In this document: piece after piece, positions 29,380 to 40,961 of the stretch | How the letters are laid out: the number at the start of each line of letters is the position of its first letter | How positions within the stretch are numbered: the first letter of the stretch is position 1 | NCBI GenBank assembly: GCA_964057225.1 | Contig: OZ059895.1 | Span: 17,174,001 to 17,238,000 of the forward strand | Origin: Auanema rhodensis | Taxonomy: Eukaryota > Animalia > Nematoda | Reading direction: 5' to 3' | DNA: 64,000 nucleotides | Notes under the pieces: generated by a model | What the model was told of the DNA's origin: nothing | Database searches by the model: none | Seen by the model: only the letters and a program-made list of their open reading frames with translations | Program-made: the position numbers and the translations under genes

Positions 29380-30210
29380 TGAGTGAATTCTGACTGATCT
29401 AATGCCTTAATATCCGTGTTTCGCGCCAAAACAAACCAATGGGCGGCGCCTATCTTAGCTATTGGGGTATTTCAAGAGGCTCAGAGAATGCCGGGTGAAA
29501 GAGTGTAAGATCTGAGAGAGTACAGACAGACGCCAACATCTTAGGTGTTCAAATGATGCTGTTAGTCCACTACCACAAACGCCACTTCTCTTGTGTAACC
29601 AAGGGTTCTTTACCCATGAGCATTGGCAAATGGCAACTTACCCTAGCCCAAACATAGTTTTGAATGATATAAGGACAAGATGCTGGAAGATGGAAAGATG
29701 AACGTCTGCTAATGGCAAGAGAATCGACATCTGCTGGCAATCACACAAACGTTCTGGTCAAAAGAAGGTAGACGAAACGTAAGTTGAGGTTATGACTAGA
29801 AGGAAGAGCAAACAACTCTTCTTATCTCTACATTCCGTTCGTCTCCTTTTAGATTAGACAAATTTGTTACATTCTAAATAGGATAACAACCAACAATTTC
29901 TAATACAACTGATATCGTCTTTTAAAAGTAGAAATGACCGTCTGGTGAGATTTGCTATAATGTTGTTTGTCTTCTTGAAATTCGAATATACGCTATTCAT
30001 CCCCACGATCCTTTTGTTTATTTCTCATCTCGAGCTTCATTAAGGCTTTCCTTAAGCATCTACTAATTTATGCATTTATACATATATCCTTAACCCTTTT
30101 AATGAAGACCTACTGGTCCCGATCGGAAGGGTTGTCCTGCGCATCAAATGGACGCAACGCGTGCACGCACGCGTTACCCCCTAGCCAGGGGTCAGAATAT
30201 CGATAACCAA
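29380..30210. promoter_or_regulatory. Divergent promoter region between hmg-1.1 and hrp-2
   Basis: E2F-type TTTCGCGCC (29419-29427), CCAAT/ATTGG boxes (~29436, ~29461), AACGCGTGC-ac-GCACGCGTT inverted repeat (~30156-30175), ATCGATA (~30199). Confidence 0.6.
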
Positions 30211-30346
30211 TCCCACTCCTTATGTATTCCTTTTCTGTTTTTTTTTCCAATTTTCAAATATTCTAACTATATTTCGCTTTTTTGTTTAATATTTTAATTA
30301 TGCATATTATTTTATATTATTTGTTTAAGGTTAGGCCATTGGAGTT

Positions 30347-33006
30347 ATGGCCGACGTAGAGATGCAGGAGGGTGCTACAGTTGAATCGGACAAAAAGCCA
30401 GAGGTTACTGAGAATGTTGAGGAAGTAAAGAACGAAGAAATGGACGCTAAGCCATCCGACGATTCTACTGAGGAAAAGAAGGAGAATCCAGCAGCTGCTA
30501 ATTCTGTGAGTGATAAATTTATCTTTTATGTTTTTTATTTTTTGTTTCTAGGTATATGCTAATAATGAAACCTTTTCCAAGCTTATCGCTCAGAATATGA
30601 AAGTTGGTGTTGCAGAAGCTTTAATGAAGCTTTTTGATACTGATTGTATGTCTATTGATGACGTTGATGAGCGAGCTGTAGAAATGCTAAATTCTTTTCC
30701 CGAAGAACACGGAATCTATATTTGTGACCAACTTCGGGTAAACATTTAATTATTTTGATGTTTTTTTACAAATATTATGTAGGAATCTATGTTATTTGGT
30801 GTGCAAAATAAGCCCCAATATCTCATGTCCCTTATGAGGAACTTTAGAGACAAAACCAGAAGTGTTGGAGCTGCTGCTGTAAGATTTATCAGTTTAATTT
30901 TTTAATTATCTAGTGTTTTAAAGGTTTTGCAAGGCCAACTCATTACCGGACCAGAACGATCAAAGATGACAGAAATCTTAGATAAAACTGGCTATACTCT
31001 AGAAATTACCGTTGGTCAACGAAAGTACGGAGGTCCACCACCTGAGTGGGAAGGGGCTATAACTGGACCCGCTGGTCAGGGCCACGAGGTTTTTATTCTT
31101 TAATTTTTTTTCCTAAAAGTTCCATTCAGATTTACATAGGACATATACCTCATGAACTTTTTGAAGACGCTCTCATTCCTCTGTTCGAGCAATGCGGCAA
31201 GATTTGGGATTTACGTTTGATGATGGACCCCATTACTGGAAGAAATCGTGGATATGCTTTCCTTACCTATTGTGAGAAGTCCTACGCCAGTGAAGCTGCT
31301 AAAAAGGTGTTTATTTTATTTTTTTCCCCTTGCGCGTTTGTTAGACTTGTGAGTATGGTGAGGTAGGTTAAGACTTATTCTTTTGATGTTGTTCTGGATA
31401 CCTTCTTTTGCGTGGACGTCTCTTGTCTGTTATCTATTCGCCACAGAGTTGTTCGAGTTTTGCACGGTTTTTGTCAACCTTTTATTTTATATTTTCAGTT
31501 TTTTTTTATAATATATATTCAAAAGTGCATTCTAATTTGCGCTAAACATATTCTAAAAACGCTGAAAACAAGCGAACAACAATCTGTGAATTTAGTTTGA
31601 TGGTCACGAAATTTCTCCCGGAAAAACGCTGAAAGTGAACGTCTCAGTTGCAAACACTCGCCTGTTCCTTGGCAACATTCCCAAGTCGAAATCTAAAGAC
31701 GAAATTCTTGAGGAGCTTAAAAAGCACGCAGGTGAATTCCACCGGCTCTTTGGAACCGATTTTTCTCACTTTTGCTAGAAGCTGGACAGTAGTCAACAAG
31801 GGCTTTCACTTGATATATGCTTCTAATTTATTCAAATTCAGATGGCGTGACTGATGTTATTGTCTACACGATCCCCGATGCTACTGATCGCCACAAGAAC
31901 CGTGGTTTCTGTTTTGTCGACTTCGTGGATCACAAGACAGCTTCGGATGCTAAAAGGAAAATCCAACAGCATAAAGTATATCACACTTTATAATCGTGAA
32001 GTAACAATTTGATTATAGATTCGTCCTTTCAATACTGACCTTGTTGTTGATTGGGCTGAACAACAAGACGAACCTGATGAGGATACCATGAGCAAGGTAA
32101 GCGTTTATACATATTGTAATTTCCCTAAATTTACAAATTTAGGTTAAAGTATTATATGTTCGTAATTTGCGAGAATGTGTTACTGAGGATAAACTTAAAG
32201 AAATATTCACTCCATATGGAGAAATAGAACGAATCAAGAAAATCAAGGATTATGCCTTCGTTCACTACAAAGATAGAGATGCTTGCTTGAAGGTAAATTG
32301 GTGTTATTCCTATAATTTTGAAAATGTTATCTTCAGGCTCTTGATGAGTGGGGCGGCAAAGAGTTGGAAGGAGTATGCATAGATTGCTCACTTGCTAAGC
32401 CTCAAACAGAAAAGAAAAAGAGACCGTCCCGTGGACGAGGATTTGGAAATACTACTAGCGGCCCTGGATATGGCACCCCAGCTGGACCTGGTCGTGGCAG
32501 AGCCAATAACATGTACCCAAACCAGTATAATTATCATTTTTTAAAATAGTATTTTACCTTATATTTTAGTCGTGGTGGCTTTGATGAAGGATACTACGGT
32601 GGTGGAGGTGGCGGAAGCTATGGTGACTATGGTGCACCATATGAAGGTTATGGCCACGGAGGTTTTGGAGGGCCAGGAGGATACGGTGCTCCTATGGGCT
32701 ACGGAAACTACGGCGGTGATGGTGGATATGGAGGAGGCTATGGCCAACATGGCGGTTTCGGCGGAGGATTTGGTGGCGGAAGTTGGGGAGGAGGAAACCG
32801 CGGTGGCGGAGGAGGCCGCGGAGGACGAGGAGGAGGTGGAGGAGGCCCAGGATACAGAGGGTATTTGAAGAAAATCTAATAACTGATCAAAATCTTTTTT
32901 TTGTAGGCGTGGAAAACGACCTGGAGACCGAATGGGTGGACCCGCCTCTAAAAGGGATAACAGTGCTCCCGATTTCTCGGCTGATGTGAGCATGAGTTCT
33001 TTTTAG
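30347..33006 (+). CDS. hrp-2: hnRNP R/Q (SYNCRIP) homolog: acidic N-terminus, 3 RRMs, RGG/YG tail
   Basis: LEITVGQRKYGGPPPEW; IYIGHIPHELFEDALIPLFEQCGKIWDLRLMMDPITGRNRGYAF; NTRLFLGNIPKSKSKDEI; VKVLYVRNL; RGG tail; ends ADVSMSSF*. Confidence 0.93.
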
Positions 33007-33398
33007 TACAATAGAATCTCACTTAACCGTATAATTATTATTGAACATTTCATGCGAATCGGGGGTAGTCCAATGGTGTGTCTCCGCTGTTTAGTCTACT
33101 TTTGTTGTTATACTTTTGCATTCTTTGATTTATTCTTTACTATTGTCAATATTGTTCGTAGCCGAAGTTCGTACCGAGTTTCCTATTTATAATTTAAATT
33201 AAGCTTAAGCTTCTTAAATAACATTCATTGTTTTGCGGTTATTACCGCGTGATGATCGTGTCCTCCGTATCTCGTAAGTTGTTATTTATAATAATAAATA
33301 TTTCGAAGTCTTCATGTGTGATAATGCTGACGTTATAATACATTTACTTGCTTGTCTAATCATCATCATCAAAGCTTTTCTTTTTGAGTGAATGTAAT

Positions 33399-34316
33399 AT
33401 GTCTCTTAATGAAAAGGTTGTTGTCACAGGGCATCGAGCTGATAGGCTCGACAGCAGTAAGAAATATGATAGGTTAAAGATTTATAATACAACGTATATA
33501 CATAGGATTGTGTGATGTGATAGGGCAATTTTTATATGATGTGAGCCACATAGTAATTCATAGATTCGGAGGTTATACCGACGAGCATTTCCAAAGTGGG
33601 CATTTTGGGTTGATACCAGTTACAGTAAGATTTTCGGATTAAATATCCGAATGAAAGAAAAATTAATTTTAGAGATGCACTGACCATAGATTAGTAAATT
33701 ATCTGCAAAGATCCATTTCCGTCGTTCGAAATGCTTTGAAGCATCATCACCTGGAAAAGTTTGAAGGTTTATCTCACCTATCGGCTTTCAACAGAAAAAA
33801 CTTAAACATTTAGTTTGCATAGTGGATAATCAAGAAACTTCCCTGTTCTCTCTTAGGGTGTCAATTAAACAAGTTTCAAGTTTTCACAACGAACAACTGT
33901 TCGGTTTTGCTTCAATACATATAATTACGCTACATTTGCTTTCAGAAAAGCTTTAGATTCTCGTGTTGAAGATCTTCGGAAACGACTGTGTCCCGCTTTG
34001 CTAGCTCTACAAACCATGAAAATAGATGCGAATTTGAGAGAATCTCTAGAGAAAACTCGTGAGTTTGGAAAAACACAACTGATGTCAACTTTCCAGCTGT
34101 TCAGCTACTCGACCACGTATTCGACTATTGACTACAACATCTGATTCACACGGAATGAAAAAAACAGCAACTCCTCCATTTTATAATCATACGATGATAC
34201 CTTGGTCAGATCCGGTACAAAATGATTTCAACCAAGTTTCTTGTGTAATTTGTTTCATCATGCAATACTTTAATTTTCAGCTTGTATTCACTGCCTTCGT
34301 ATTAAAACAAACATAG
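33399..34316 (+). CDS. HORMA-domain protein, REV7/MAD2L2-like; 7 exons
   Basis: Spliced: MSLNEKVVVTGHRADRLDSRLCDVIGQFLYDVSHIVIHRFGGYTDEHFQSGHFGLIPVTRCTDHRLVNYLQRSISVVRNALKHHHLEKFEVCIVDNQETSLFSLRVSIK...PTRPRIRLLTT...MIPWSD...LVFTAFVLKQT*. Aligns without gaps to remembered human REV7 N-terminal half (DV..FL....H.I.....Y....FQ......PV.......L..Y.Q.....V...L.....EK..V.I.D). Confidence 0.75.
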
Positions 34317-36825
34317 AACGATCACGATATTCATTCTTCAGATGTTACACTTATATCTGTACCAACAATAAAAATATATAACAATATCTCTAAAAACATC
34401 GGGATCAATCGGGAGCGATTGCAGAGAAAAAAGGGGCGCCAATAGATGTTAACAGACGGCCAAAAAAAACACTACAATCTCAGTGAAGTGGTTAATAAAG
34501 ATGGTCTTGAACCACAATTAAAGACAAAGGAGTTCGATGTCTAACGCTCTAAAGTTGTACTAGTCTCTAACACATTTTGAAGGAGGTAGTGGAAAAGAAA
34601 GGATGATAACAGGATCTACCTGTGTTCGTGACTGATTACATCGGTTTAACCGATATTAAAATAGAGAAAAGAAAAAGGCAGAAAATGCCTGAAGGGGATA
34701 GAACCCGTCTGGGACAACAGCGAGTGACACACCTGAAAAAGATGAGCACATCACTCTCTGAACCCGGGAAGTACCGTATGATGGGATTTGGCTAAATACT
34801 ATGTACATTAGGGTTCTAGTATAATCTGGAGAGTAGTATAAACAATATGTGAAAAAACTTAAGATTTTGCAATATTAGGTACCAGGCCTACTTAAATAAG
34901 ATATACCAAGTTTCCAATAACAAAAGATCACCATATAATATACATAGACCCAAGATGTGAATAGAAGTTAACACCATCAAGCCGGAATCACAAGAAAACA
35001 CTAGATTATAGCAGTAAAACAACACCGCGTTTTGTACCGTGTGCAGGATAGCCAGCCAGAATGAGCATGCATATATTAGAGCATTTAGAGCAACGAAATC
35101 GTCGAACAACGCCACTGTTAAGACAACTTGCGCGCTTTTCATATTAATTTACCATACAAAACAATGGAAAGAATTAACGAACAAGTTGTCCGTTCAGCTC
35201 ACAAATAAAAAAAACGTGTTGACTAGCGTATGTTGCTATCTATTAGCTATATACAGTCTGCACTGCTCAGAGCCTGAACTGGAAATGTACAAAAAGCTGG
35301 TGACCCGACTGGTTCACAGGAGAGAAATGGGGCGAAGTATTAAGAAAAAGAAATTAGAAACAGCTGAACAATCGCGCAGCAAAACAAAACTTCATAATTT
35401 CATAATTGTTCAACTGTCGGATAAAGGGTAGACAACGATAATCCATGAGTGGGGAGGGGTATGGATGAATTTACCCGATCAAAGGTAGGGTCGATATCAC
35501 ACCATTAGGTTAACGTTATAAAGCGGAGAAGTGAGAAAATGGTAGAACGACCCAACCAAATACAATGACTGTAAGACGTGAGGAAAATTAAAATGAATCC
35601 AGGAAACTAGAAATCTCTATCATTTTTCATCACAAATTCCCTGAGGACTCGGCAATGTTAATAACAGAGATAACAATAAGTGGTTAGACGATATATACAT
35701 ACATACAATTCTTGCTCAAAGTTTTAGACAAATCTTTTCTCACGAGAATTTAAGGAATAAAAATGCAACTTATCACCTAGATCTAAAATAAAAAAAATTT
35801 TTCATACACCCCCCAGGGAGGGAATAAAAATATTTTGGATTTCGCAATTGTTGCTTCACTCAGTTCTTTCGTTTTCAAAAAATGAATGAGAAAAACATTT
35901 GTATAAATTCGTGGGCCAGAACTGTATATACATGTTGGTTATATATATATAGTATACTTGGATATGGAAAATGCTTAAAACGATCAAGATAAAATTTCCA
36001 AGAATAAACTAACTTTTCCGAATACCGAACTTTTTCAGTAAATAAACTGTGAAAGTTTACATTCGAAGGAGGGATGTAGAGGAAAATGGAGACGTGTCAA
36101 AAGAAATTTTAAAAATTCGAGAGACCGATCCATCTGGATAGTGTACCGTTAAAAATATGTTAGGATTAGGCTTTGAGAAAGACACAAGAAAAATATGGGA
36201 TAAATTGAAGACAAAAAAGATGCAATACCATACTAAGCCTAAGCAATATAGTCTTTAGTTGAAACTTTAACGATAGCTTTAGTATATGTTATTCTTATGT
36301 CTTTCTTCAAGGTAATCACTAACATTTGGTATATTACTAGGTATTTTAATGTGGTATCTTCTGCTGGTATTTGAAATATATTTCTGAAAGGGAGTGGTTG
36401 AAGTTTTAAGTTATTAACGAAGCGAAAAAGGTACCATAGTACACACTCGGGATTAAGGGCCTTCTAAAGTCGGTATTCGGAAAGGTTAATAAAATGAGAA
36501 ATATCGTTCAAAAAATATCGGTTACTCCAAACATTTGATACTATCGTTCACCGACATTTTTGTTCAATATATTTGTCCAAGTACATTATATAGCTATAGA
36601 AAATCAAGAACATTAAATGATTACTACTTGCTATACTCCTGCTCTAGTCATTCTAAAATGAGCCTCAAAAATTTCTGATTTAGACCGTTCGAATAATGAG
36701 ATGAACATATTAGGAGATAGAGGTAGATATTACAGAAAAGAACCATTAAAATATAATTAGAAAAAGCTACGAGAAATAAGAAAAGCAATCGTACAGAAAT
36801 GCGATTTCAGTAGAAATTCACCGTC

Positions 36826-37327
36826 TTAAGAGGCACCAACCGTAACGGCTGCGATGAGTTGCATTGGATTAAGACGGATACCGTTCATTAAATGAGACTC
36901 GATAGAAGATTGGCTGCTGACACTTCCTGCTCTGTCTGTGGAAGAAACAGAATCAGCCATAGAACCGGTATCAGACTCGCTCCCAGAACCACAAAGCTAA
37001 AATGTAGATCTCAATGTACAGCCGTAACAATTCACTATTACCTCCGCAAACCAATCACTGGGTGGAAGAGGAATAGCGCGTGCAGATGGAGAATCACTGA
37101 ATTTACTTCCAGCGAAGCATGGATTGTTATTGGAGCTTTGTTTGCGCGTGTTAGTGGTACGACGTCCAGGAGTGCGACTCTTGGGGGTGTGAGGAATAGA
37201 AGCGATGCTCGAGCTTGAAGCAAAGGTGACTCTGAAAAAGATATATTCACCTATTGATAGAAGTTACAATAAATTACCTATTCTGAGATCGAGATGGCGA
37301 ATTAACAGATTGCGAATTGTACGACAT
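36826..37327 (-). CDS. PNRC-family (proline-rich nuclear receptor coactivator / decapping activator) protein, about 135-140 aa, 3 exons
   Basis: MSYNSQSVNSPSRSQNR|VTFASSSS...NPCFAGSKFSDSPSARAIPLPPSDWFAE|LCGSGSES...GIRLNPMQLIAAVTVGAS*. FAGSKFSDSPS..IPLPPSDW matches the PNRC motif [22 protein letters not shown]. Confidence 0.85.
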
Positions 37328-37418
37328 ACTAACAAAAGAAGAAATTTAAACACTTAAACAGATTCAACAATATTTGAAGTTGCTTATAAGCGCACAAGGT
37401 CGGCGAGCGGTGTGGCTA

Positions 37419-37528
37419 TCACCTGTAAAATATATATTAGATTAGGTTAAGGGAAAAAACAAGTACCTCAATAATATTCTTCTTTCAGTTACAGATCTTA
37501 TTATAACCGAGTTTGACTCAGTTAACAT
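37419..37528 (-). CDS. Upstream ORF (21 aa) in the PNRC-like leader, spliced across intron 37466-37423
   Basis: ATG TTA ACT GAG TCA AAC TCG GTT ATA ATA AGA TCT GTA ACT GAA AGA AGA ATA TTA TTG AG|G TGA TAG = MLTESNSVIIRSVTERRILLR followed by two stops. Confidence 0.6.
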
Positions 37529-40045
37529 AAAATATTCTCCGGATGTTTGGGAGAATGTAATCCTTTCCTTTACTGTCTTACGGATGGTACTTTCCACGAA
37601 AAAACTGGCACCGACTAATCGGCCTTAGATGGAATGGACGCAAAGTGCGATTTAGACTGAAAGTTTATACATATCAATTATATCAATTTATGAGAAAACG
37701 AGAGGAACGATAAAAAAAAAGTGAAACTATGACTACCAACCCTAAAAATATAGGGCATATTAAATTTCTTATAGCGGTATTTTTAAGCAAAACTGCAAAC
37801 TTTTTCTAAAGTTTTTAATTTCAATTTTCATCAATTGTAATTTAGCAACGATTTATGAAGCACATGAAAAAGGCAGTTTTGAAAAGGGATGGTCATATGC
37901 ATAAATCGAAGCCTCACAATCGATTAACTCAGGTCTGCATTGGATTGTCATGAGGGGTAGCCAACCGCGACGCATCACGCACGCGTCGCGGACAATCGAT
38001 AATATTTCAGCAGCGGGAAGTAAAGGACAAGCAGAGAAAAAGCGACGCAGACGCTCAGAAGGTTGTGGAAATACGATAGGAAGAGTGGAAGGTCGAGAAG
38101 AGCCAGAAGGCCCATATGTTATGAGAATCAGGATTGTGGAGAAAAGCAAAAATAAGAAGAACAAAGAAAAAGTAGAAACCTCGAGAAGCAAGAAAACTTT
38201 AACATACAGAAATCGAGGCAATAATTTCTTTATCATATATTAATGTCATACATGGAGCTAGGGTCAAATAGATGTGACTGATCGTTTTTATCGCGGAAGA
38301 AACTAGTCCTTATATGTCATTAAGCACGTAAAATCGACAAAAAATGGAACGAAAATGAAACGACCACATCCTAAAGATGTTGTTGGCACAGCTGAGAAAT
38401 AGGTGGGTAGGGAAGGGGGTTGGCGAGGAAGAAGAATGACTCTTTTACAAGCAAACTAGTATTTACAATGTGTCTGTTTCGCAATGGTCATATTGCCATG
38501 TTGAACATCAAGCTTGTTAATTACATATACGATATGTTTACAAGTAGAGATCATCATAACCTTTTCCTAATTATATAATCTAGAAAATATGAACAATCGT
38601 AAAAGTTGTCGGATAAACTGATTACTTTATCTATACGAATTATTTCTATGCTGGGTTCAACGAAGAAATCTCGTAAAAAGTATGAATTCCAAAAGGAAAA
38701 CCGAAAAAAAGAAACCTGGACAAAAAAGACGTCGTGGAAAACGAGAGTAAGTAGCGAGAGTCCGATGGTTCATTTGCTACGAATGGGCTAAAGTGCAAGT
38801 AATGATTGAAGGATGGGGGGAGGGGCAGTGCCTGCTCCTATTCGTTTTTAGGCATGCAAACAATAACAAAAGGGCAAAGAATATTCTTCCTAGATTTTAT
38901 TTGAAAAGACTGTTGTCAAAAGAGCGAGGAAAATGCATCAATAGATTTATTTTTATTTGAAATCTATCCTCAGTTGTATTTTTCACAATAAGCAAGGAAC
39001 CGGCTTAAATAGGCAATAAGCATTTATTTACAGCTCCAGAGAACCTTCTGAAGATCTAGAATTTTCTTCCATTCTCTTGTTTTTGATTTAAAAAAACAAT
39101 CAATGTTCGTGAAAAAGAAATTGACAGAAAAATAAAAAGATGAAGGAGTGATAATGGAACCGACCGTTTGCGAGCGCATCAGAGCTGAAAATGAAAATAC
39201 ACTCACTCATCATAGAAAAGATGAAAAACAAATGGTGTAACGGTCACCAAAACTACTTGTTAAAACGATCAAAGTATTGACGTTCAAATGATATAACTAT
39301 AATTTATATTTGTATTTAACTTTATGCTGTAAGTGTATTGTTTAAAAAAGTAAAAAAGAACAAGACGATGTCTAAAAAATGATATTGCGAAATATAGGTA
39401 GAGAATGGCATAATGTCAAATCACAATTCGTGATAAGCAATCTGGAACGTCTATTTTGCTCTTATCCCCGAACAACTTAGCAAACAGAGTAGAAATCAAA
39501 TGTATCAGCGTTTTCTTATTAATCTTAGTAATCATTGATCAATTGATGTTTCATATCTTAACTGTCAGGTAAAGATGACATCTATCGAATCAAAAAAACA
39601 AAAAAAAAATATTTGAGTGAACGCAACCGGTCTATGCCGCCAAAAATTAGAATGAATCATGAAGAAAATGAAAGTCGGCATTCAGTAATTATAAAATTAT
39701 AATTGCGATTTTTGATTAGAATATTGTTGATGGGAACATCGTAATTTAATGAAAAGCCACGATGATTCAAAATATATTTCGTAACACGTTCATAATCTTA
39801 CATAAAATCGATCGAAACATTTTTATTCAAACAAAATCTCCAAATTCTGTCAAACAATCAAGTGTACTAACATGACACAACAACGAAAGATAAAAACTTT
39901 CCTCCAAAAAATATAACAACCTGATCAAAATGAAACAGACGTGACTTAACTAAAGCACACAGAGCTAAAACAAGGTAAGACACTCCAATGAATTGCACTA
40001 TAAGTATAGCACCCAGCGTTCTTCACTTAAATGCCTTTGAATAAA

Positions 40046-40961
40046 TCAAAAGCCATAAAACTTTCCGTAGTTGTGAGTATGGTTGTAGCTGGGATTCAAA
40101 CGGTCATAACGAGCACGATGCATATCAGCATCGTGACAATTGTACAATTCAAGTAATCGTGGACAACTGAAAAAACCAAACATATCATCTACCAAACTAA
40201 TCAAAAAACCCACGTTACTCTTCCAAATCTATCTGTTTCAGAGTGAGTCGACCATAAACCAGCTTCATTCGTTCTTGGTAGTGGTAGTTGTGAAGCTAGA
40301 CGAGAATGAACGGCCAGGGTAAAACATTGTTCGCAAAAAAGTGAAGACTCCCTTTTGACGGCCATCTGACACATTCAGTTTTAGATAAGAAAACAAAATA
40401 AAAACTGGAACCTCTTGGAAATAAGAAGCGCACGAATCAGAATCGCTGTCATGTAGTTCGGACTCGTATCCAGAAGAAGATGAAATGGGAGACACAGGTC
40501 TGAGAATAAACACAAAAAACTAAGATTTTCTTAATTTAAACCATACCTACGTTCCAAAAGTTCCTTTGTTATAACTTTAGGCTTGTTTGTATCTTTCAGC
40601 CTGAGTTCTTGCTTGGCAGGTCTTAGATTCAACGAAACTTTAAATGTATTCTGAAAAAAAAACAATTAAGTTAATGAATCAATATCTTTTTTACATTTTT
40701 ATCGTCATCATTTCTTTCATACTCATTGCTCAGTCGTGGTTTTAATAGAAGTACTTCTTTGGAGACTACTTTTTTCTCACTTGATAACTTTGGAGAACGA
40801 CGAGCTAGATGCTGAAAAAAAAGTATACAGAAAAACTAAATATAAATTTAAATAAAATTCAAAATGAAGTATACACATATCACTGTCCAATATCATCTTC
40901 TAAGCTCTAACAATTTAAGGCTTATTTCAAAACTTACACATTTGGAAGTAAAATCGCTCAT
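40046..40961 (-). CDS. Nanos-family protein (NOS-1-like), first CCHC finger intact, second degenerate
   Basis: MSDFTSKC|HLARRSP...RPVSPISSSSGYES...|MAVKRESSLFCEQCFTLAVHSRLASQLPLPRTNEAGLWSTHSETDRFGRVTCPRLLELYNCHDADMHRARY...FYGF*. CxxC..H..GRVxCPxL pattern with a NOS-1-like LPxPR...GxWSxH insert. First exon is tentative. Confidence 0.72.

Noticed and set aside
32559-32993. Alternative-frame ORFs (E/A-rich, R-rich, antisense S/A-rich) over the hrp-2 tail
   Set aside because: Shadow frames of GGN-rich RGG coding sequence; short and expected.
34888-35431. 84-aa hydrophobic minus ORF and 130-aa plus ORF
   Set aside because: No homology cues or coherent exon chain; treated as part of the non-coding tract.
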